Assembly (NCBI GenBank): GCA_012799795.1
Contig: JAAZKO010000044.1
Coordinates: forward strand, 1-33,147
Source of the DNA: Minisyncoccota bacterium
Lineage (GTDB): Bacteria > Patescibacteriota > Microgenomatia > UBA1400 > PJMF01
Direction: 5' to 3'
Length of the DNA: 33,147 nt
Below, one piece after another: positions 27,491-33,147 of this stretch. Under the pieces are notes generated by a model that worked only from the letters and a program-made list of their open reading frames with translations, searched no databases and was not told the DNA's origin. Each line of letters opens with the position of its first letter. Position 1 is the first letter of the stretch. A program made the translations under genes and the position numbers.

Positions 27491-27901
27491 TTAACTCCTT
27501 TTTACACCATATTTACTGCGACTTGATTTTCGTCCATCAACTCCAGCACAATCATATTTACCCCGAACAATATGGTATTTCACACCTGGCAGGTCTTTAA
27601 CTCTTCCTCCACGAACTAAGACAACACTGTGTTCAGCTAAATTATGTCCTTCTCCTGAAATATAAGCTGTGACCTCAACTTTATTAGATAAACGCACCCT
27701 AGCCACTTTTCGCAAAGCAGAGTTTGGTTTCTTTGGAGTCATAGTTTTCACCACAGTACACACTCCTCGTTTTTGCGGGTTAGTGGTTTTAGTGGGGCGG
27801 TTAGTATTTGAATTGAAACTACGGCGTAAAGCAGCTGCTTTGACTCGTTTAGTTCGTTTCTTTCTTCCGCCTTTTCTAATTAGTTGATTAATAGTTGGCA
27901 T
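27491..27901 (-). CDS. rpsL: 30S ribosomal protein S12
   Basis: I prefer the start [13 protein letters not shown] at ATG 27901. [18 protein letters not shown] and [21 protein letters not shown] are present. The 5' extension in the ORF track is not supported. Confidence 0.95.
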   Translation of the reverse strand: MPTINQLIRKGGRKKRTKRVKAAALRRSFNSNTNRPTKTTNPQKRGVCTVVKTMTPKKPNSALRKVARVRLSNKVEVTAYISGEGHNLAEHSVVLVRGGRVKDLPGVKYHIVRGKYDCAGVDGRKSSRSKYGVKRS

Positions 27902-27969
27902 AATATATTTATTTTCTATAACTTGAAGGGCAATTTTAACACAAGCTATCAAGATTATCTAGATTGTCT

Positions 27970-30900
27970 CTATTCGAAGCGCGCCCTTTCTTCACTAGTG
28001 GGAATTAAGCGACCAATAATCACATTTTCTTTCAAACCCTTTAGATAATCAATGGCTCCTTCAGCTGCCGCATCAGTTAACACATGTTTGGTATGCTGGA
28101 AAGAAGCTGCTGACAACCAAGAATCGGTAAATAAGGAAGAACGAGTAATCCCTAGTAAAAGCACTCTGGCCGTAGCTGGATCACCACCAGCTGCCATCAC
28201 GTCTTCATTAATATCAACAAAACGACTGCGCTCTACTACTTCACCAACTAAGAAATCTGTATCTCCTGGCATATCAATTTGCAATTTATCACCCATTTTT
28301 CGCACTATAACTTCAAAGTGTTTGTCATTGATGCTTATACCTTGTGACTCATAGACTGCTTGGACTTGACGAACAATATATTGTTGAGTGGCTAATAATC
28401 CAGAAAGTTGTAAGAGTTCTTGAACATTAATCCCACCAGCAGTTAAAGCTTGACCAGTGTGTACTAATTGCTTATCACTTACTTGAAGCTTAATTGAGCT
28501 AGATAAAGTATAATTTTCTTCTTCGCCATTGTTTCCCTTAATGATAATTTCTTGTTCATTGGCTTTTTGTTTAATTCTTACCTTGCCTGGAAAATGAGCA
28601 ATAATGGCTTGTACCTTTGGATTTCTTGCTTCTAGTAATTCCTCAACACGTGGTAAACCTTGAGTTACATCTAAACCAACAATTCCCCCTGAGTGCTTGA
28701 CTCGCATGGTGAGCTGAGTACCAGGCTCTCCAATAGATTGAGCAGCTAAAACACCAACTGGTACGCCAATTTTTACTTGGCTACGATTGGAATAATCCCA
28801 ACCATAACACTTAGCACACAAACCATATTTAGCACGACAAGTTAAGGCGGATCTAACCCAAACAGAGTCAACCTTGCTTTGATTAACTGCTTCAGCTAAA
28901 TCTGGAGTAATTAATTCCCCAACTTTGACTAAAATCTTTCTACCTTCTTTAATATCTTGAGTGGTATAACGACCAAGAATTCTAGACATAAATATCTCTT
29001 TTCTTGGTAAACGTTTAATCTCAATTCCTTCTTTAGTCTCGCAGTCTTCGGAACGAATAATGGCATCATGAGCCACATCCACTAAACGACGTGTTAAATA
29101 GCCAGCATCAGCAGTTTTGATTGCTGAGTCAGTTAAACCTTTTCTAGAACCACGAGCTGAGGTAACATATTCAAAAATACTTAAGCCCTGCCTAAAATTA
29201 GATTTAGTCGGCATTTCCACAATATTACCTAAAGGATCAACCACTAAACCACGCATAGCAGCTAGTTGTTTGACCTGATCTTTAGAGGCGCGAGTACCAC
29301 CTGAATCAATAATGGTTTTTACGCTATTACGATCATCATAGGTAGCCCAAGTTTTTTCAGCTAACTCTTCAGTTGTTTTGATCCACACATCGAGAGATTG
29401 TCGGCGACGCTCATCATTAGTAATTAAACCTTGTAAATAATATTCTTGAATTTTTTCCACTGCATCATTGGCCTTGGCAATGACCTGCTCTTTTTCTTCG
29501 ATCATTCCACAGTCAGTCACTCCTACTGACAGACCAGATTTAGTAGCTGCTTCAAAGCCTAAATTTTTGATATCATCAATCATTTTAGCCACTACTGTTT
29601 CTGGCTCAGTTTCAATAGCTTTAGTCACAATGTGTTTAATTTTTTTAGCCTCAACAGCTTCATTGATGAAACGTAAGCTTAAAGGTAAAACACTATTAAA
29701 CATCAGGCGACCAACACTAGTTTCAACTAATCGATGCTCACCTTTTAATTTCAATTTCACTTGAATTTTTTGACGCAACTTTAAACGCCCAATTTGATTT
29801 AGGTGATAAGCCTCATTTTTGCCACTCAAAGTGGCAGGAAAAATTTCTAAATTCTCATCAAAACTAGTGTAATAATAAACACCCAAAGCCATTTGTTTAT
29901 TTGGTAAAGTGATAGGCTCACCATTAGCTGGCTTAAGCAAGTTGTGGTCAGCAATCATTAAATCAATGGCTTCTTGTTGAGCTTCTTTGGTTAGAGGTAC
30001 ATGCACAGCCATTTGGTCACCATCAAAGTCAGCGTTATAACCTGCGCAAACACAAGGATGTAGAGATATAGCACTACCTTCAATTAAAACAGGATAAAAA
30101 GCTTGAATACCTAGTTTATGTAAAGTTGGTGCACGGTTAAGTAACACTGGGTGATTCTGAATCACTTTTTCTAAAATTGCATAGACTTCAGCTTCACGAC
30201 GATCAACTAAGTGGCGAGCACTCTTAACATTAGGTGCAATACCATGAACAATTAATTCGCGCAAAACATAAGGCTTAAACATTTCTAAAGCCATGTCTTT
30301 TGGTAAACCACATTGATTCAGTTTTAATTCTGGACCAACAATAATCACACTTCTACCAGAGTAATCAACTCTTTTACCCAATAAGTTTTGACGGAACCGT
30401 CCAGTTTTACCACGAAGCATTTCCGAGAGCGAACGCAGTGGTCGACGATTAGAACGACGACGACTTTGTTTAGCTTGAGAGCTATCAATCAATGAATCAA
30501 CCGCTTCTTGCAACATTCTTTTTTCATTGCGCAAAATAATTTCTGGAGCTCCTAAATTAATTAAGTGAGCCAAACGATTATTACGATTAATCACGCGACG
30601 ATATAAGTCATTTAAATCAGAAGCAGCAAAGCGACCACCAGACAATTGAACCATTGGTCTTAAATCTGGAGGTAAGACTGGTAAAATTGAAAGGAACATC
30701 CAACTTGGATCAATTTCTGATTTTTTTAAACCTTCCAAAACTCGGAGACGCTTAATAATTTTGGTTTTCTTTGCCCCTTTGCTTTCAACTAATTCATCAC
30801 GCAAAGATACTATTTCTTTGTCTAAATCAACATCTTTAACTAATTCCAAAATAGCTTCAGCACCCATACCCACTTTCAAGTGAGTGTTGGCGTTATATTC

Positions 30901-31689
30901 ATCCAATTTGAGATATTCATCCTCAGTTAAAACAACTTTTTTCTTAATTTTTTTCACCATTTGTTTAATGGTTTTATAAATTTCTTCAGTCTGCTCAATT
31001 TGTACTTCTAATTGTTGCTTAGTGGCAACAATTTTATTTTTAGTTTTTAGGTCTAATTCAGCTAATTTTAGTTGAAGAGTTTCTTTACTCTTAACTTTTT
31101 CCTTGAGAGTTTTAGTTTCAGTTTGGAATTCTTCTTTAATTTTAGCAATACTTTTTTCAGCATTGTCTTTTAACTCATCAATGGCTGCCACACTATCCAC
31201 ATCAAGCTGTTGTAAAACTTCTTTCTTTTGTTCGCTATCTACGCCCAGCACAATATATTGAGAAAAATACATGATTGAATTGAGGTTGCGAGGAGATAAA
31301 TTTAACAACAGCGATAATTTAGAAGGAGCACCTTTGAAAAACCAAATATGAGCCACTGGAGCAGCTAATTGAATATGACCCATTCTTTCACGACGGACTC
31401 TAGATTCAGTAACTTCAACACCACATTTATCACAAATAATACCTTTATATCGAATACGCTTGTATTTGCCACAGTGACACTCATAGTCTTTGACCGGTCC
31501 AAAAATCTTTTCATCAAAAAGACCATCTTTTTCTGGTTTTAATGATCGATAATTAATCGTTTCTGGCTTTTTGACTTCACCATAAGACCAATCTTTAACG
31601 TCTTGTGGGGAAGCAATCTTAATTTGTAAAGCACTAAAATCGACAATGTCTTTGGTTTTTTTGATGGTTTGATTAAAAAATTTTGGCAT
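27970..31689 (-). CDS. rpoC: DNA-directed RNA polymerase subunit beta'
   Basis: 1239 aa. It has the Zn finger [20 protein letters not shown], the catalytic NADFDGDQM, and the bridge/trigger-loop blocks. Confidence 0.97.
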   Translation of the reverse strand: MPKFFNQTIKKTKDIVDFSALQIKIASPQDVKDWSYGEVKKPETINYRSLKPEKDGLFDEKIFGPVKDYECHCGKYKRIRYKGIICDKCGVEVTESRVRRERMGHIQLAAPVAHIWFFKGAPSKLSLLLNLSPRNLNSIMYFSQYIVLGVDSEQKKEVLQQLDVDSVAAIDELKDNAEKSIAKIKEEFQTETKTLKEKVKSKETLQLKLAELDLKTKNKIVATKQQLEVQIEQTEEIYKTIKQMVKKIKKKVVLTEDEYLKLDEYNANTHLKVGMGAEAILELVKDVDLDKEIVSLRDELVESKGAKKTKIIKRLRVLEGLKKSEIDPSWMFLSILPVLPPDLRPMVQLSGGRFAASDLNDLYRRVINRNNRLAHLINLGAPEIILRNEKRMLQEAVDSLIDSSQAKQSRRRSNRRPLRSLSEMLRGKTGRFRQNLLGKRVDYSGRSVIIVGPELKLNQCGLPKDMALEMFKPYVLRELIVHGIAPNVKSARHLVDRREAEVYAILEKVIQNHPVLLNRAPTLHKLGIQAFYPVLIEGSAISLHPCVCAGYNADFDGDQMAVHVPLTKEAQQEAIDLMIADHNLLKPANGEPITLPNKQMALGVYYYTSFDENLEIFPATLSGKNEAYHLNQIGRLKLRQKIQVKLKLKGEHRLVETSVGRLMFNSVLPLSLRFINEAVEAKKIKHIVTKAIETEPETVVAKMIDDIKNLGFEAATKSGLSVGVTDCGMIEEKEQVIAKANDAVEKIQEYYLQGLITNDERRRQSLDVWIKTTEELAEKTWATYDDRNSVKTIIDSGGTRASKDQVKQLAAMRGLVVDPLGNIVEMPTKSNFRQGLSIFEYVTSARGSRKGLTDSAIKTADAGYLTRRLVDVAHDAIIRSEDCETKEGIEIKRLPRKEIFMSRILGRYTTQDIKEGRKILVKVGELITPDLAEAVNQSKVDSVWVRSALTCRAKYGLCAKCYGWDYSNRSQVKIGVPVGVLAAQSIGEPGTQLTMRVKHSGGIVGLDVTQGLPRVEELLEARNPKVQAIIAHFPGKVRIKQKANEQEIIIKGNNGEEENYTLSSSIKLQVSDKQLVHTGQALTAGGINVQELLQLSGLLATQQYIVRQVQAVYESQGISINDKHFEVIVRKMGDKLQIDMPGDTDFLVGEVVERSRFVDINEDVMAAGGDPATARVLLLGITRSSLFTDSWLSAASFQHTKHVLTDAAAEGAIDYLKGLKENVIIGRLIPTSEERARFE

Positions 31690-31747
31690 AAATGTTTTCG
31701 CTTATTTGTTTGATAGAGTAATAATTTATTTAGTAGTTAGCCCTTCT

Positions 31748-33147
31748 TTAGTCTTCAATTTCTATTTCTTCATCCACTACTTCATCAGCTTCAGTATCCT
31801 CATCTTCATCAAGATCCTCATCAAGTTCTTCTTTTGCTAAATCAGGCTCTTCTGTTTCTTCTTTTTCTTCATCAGCTTCTTCATCTTCGTCTTTAGTTTT
31901 TTCTTCAGAATCCAAATCCTCTAAAATTAATATCTCTTCCTCACCCTCATCTGTTTTTTCTTCTTCTTTACTAAACAAAACCTCATCTAACGGATTAATA
32001 TTTAATACTAAAGAATTTAATTCTTTACAAAGAACCTTAAATGATTCTGGAACAGTTGGTGCAGGGATTTCTTCTCCTTTAACGATTGCCTCAAAAGCTT
32101 TGGCTCTACCTCTAACATCATCTGATTTAATCGTCAGCATTTCTTGCAAAACATGAGCATCTCGATGAGCTTCCAGCGCCCAAACTTCCATTTCTCCCAT
32201 ACGCTGACCACCCATCTGGGCTTTACCACCCAAAGGTTGTTGAGTGACTAAAGAATAAGGTCCTGTTGAGCGAGCGTGAGTTTTGTCTTCAACCATGTGG
32301 CTAAGCTTCAAAATATAGTTGACTCCCACCACTGATTTTTCATGATAAGGTTCGCCAGTCAAGCCATCATAAAGCTGGGTTTTACCAGTAACTGGCAAAC
32401 CGGCTTTTTCTAATTCCTGCCAAATTTTATCTTCATCAAATTCTTCAAAAGCTGGCACCGCCACTCGATAACCTAACTTATCCGCAGCCCAACCTAAATG
32501 AGTTTCAAGTAGCTGACCAAGGTTCATACGAGCCAAAACTGAGAGAGGAGAAATAATAATATCAACTGCTGTCCCATCCTCTAAATGAGGCATATCGGCT
32601 TGAGGAACAATTTTAGAAATTACTCCTTTATTACCATGACGACCAGCTAATTTATCTCCGACTACAATCTTTCTTAATTGAGCAATTTTAACTATTACTT
32701 CCTTAATTGTTCCTGGATCTAATTCATCACCTAAATCGCGATCTAAAATTTGCACATCAATGACTGTGCCCTCTTCTCCATGAGGCATCCGTAGTGAAGT
32801 ATCGCGAATTTCTTTGGATTTCTCGCCAAAAATGGCACGCAATAAACGTTCTTCTGGAGAAAGTTCTGTTTCTCCCTTTGGGGCAACTTTACCAACTAAA
32901 ATGTCACCAGATTTAACGTGGCTACCAATTTGAATAATGCCATCAATATTTAAATTTGCCAAAAAGGTTTCGCTAACATTAGGAATGTCATTAGTTAATT
33001 CTTCAGGACCCAAACGAGTGTCCATGACTTTAGCTTTGTGTTCACTAATTTGAATTGAGCTTAAAGTGTCCTGTTGAACCAAACGATCTGAAATCACAAT
33101 AGCGTCTTCATAACCATAACCTTTAAAAGAAGTATAGGCGATTAACA
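31748..33147 (-). CDS. rpoB: DNA-directed RNA polymerase subunit beta; C-terminal part only, 5' end outside the window
   Basis: The frame stays open to the window edge (...[18 protein letters not shown]). [12 protein letters not shown] and [16 protein letters not shown] are present. The protein ends in a 77-aa acidic tail. Confidence 0.96.
   Translation of the reverse strand, partial: LIAYTSFKGYGYEDAIVISDRLVQQDTLSSIQISEHKAKVMDTRLGPEELTNDIPNVSETFLANLNIDGIIQIGSHVKSGDILVGKVAPKGETELSPEERLLRAIFGEKSKEIRDTSLRMPHGEEGTVIDVQILDRDLGDELDPGTIKEVIVKIAQLRKIVVGDKLAGRHGNKGVISKIVPQADMPHLEDGTAVDIIISPLSVLARMNLGQLLETHLGWAADKLGYRVAVPAFEEFDEDKIWQELEKAGLPVTGKTQLYDGLTGEPYHEKSVVGVNYILKLSHMVEDKTHARSTGPYSLVTQQPLGGKAQMGGQRMGEMEVWALEAHRDAHVLQEMLTIKSDDVRGRAKAFEAIVKGEEIPAPTVPESFKVLCKELNSLVLNINPLDEVLFSKEEEKTDEGEEEILILEDLDSEEKTKDEDEEADEEKEETEEPDLAKEELDEDLDEDEDTEADEVVDEEIEIED

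Noticed and set aside
3917-29764. Short ORFs of 60-113 aa in the six-frame track that lie inside or antisense to the large conserved genes. They are 3917-4129, 4757-4954, 7277-7567, 8381-8587, 9527-9721, 11419-11607, 13331-13561, 14008-14298, 14228-14485, 14689-14880, 16913-17134, 19948-20289, 23727-23909, 24400-24597, 25219-25467, 26083-26277, 26656-26850, 27669-27887, 28052-28354 and 29468-29764.
   Set aside because: Each is fully embedded in a strongly conserved gene, either on the opposite strand or in another frame. Their composition is low-complexity, with no recognisable motifs and no independent start signals. They are shadow ORFs.
1-33147. Search for a novel multi-gene system (defence, toxin-antitoxin, mobile element, CRISPR, tRNA or rRNA genes).
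   Set aside because: No integrase or transposase, inverted terminal repeats, CRISPR-like arrays or tRNA-like sequences were seen. Every intergenic gap is under 300 bp, and essentially all coding capacity is accounted for by conserved housekeeping genes.

Overview
This 33.1-kb, AT-rich window is mostly conserved housekeeping sequence. I found no multi-gene accessory or defence-type system.

**Minus strand, 7.5-33.1 kb.** One contiguous transcription/translation super-cluster runs rpoB (partial)-rpoC-rpsL-rpsG-fusA-tuf, then the S10, spc and alpha ribosomal-protein blocks with secY-adk-infA-rpmJ, ending with rplQ-rplM-rpsI.

**Left 7.4 kb.**
- A partial tandem-repeat protein gene that the ORF track does not list.
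- A compact folate one-carbon module: 5-formyl-THF cyclo-ligase, glyA, fhs, folD.
- An RRM/RGG RNA-binding protein gene.
- A lamin-tail-domain membrane protein overlapping a VanZ-like gene.
- HU.

**Likely origin.** L30 is absent between rpsE and rplO, the gene order is streamlined, GC is low and an LTD protein is present. These fit a Patescibacteria/CPR-like genome, which is inference. The code is standard: TGA is used as a stop in ATGA overlaps.

**Most unusual observations.**
1. An in-frame TAA replaces the conserved Tyr of the GHADY motif in an otherwise intact tuf.
2. An unlisted 99-bp/33-aa tandem-repeat ORF sits at the left edge.
3. Many ribosomal proteins carry long Lys-rich tails, while RpoB carries a 77-aa acidic tail.
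4. infA has an N-terminal extension, no SD, and an extended -10 element only 8 nt upstream of its ATG.
5. A T7-promoter-like string lies upstream of rpsJ.

All of these need read-level or database checks that I cannot run here.
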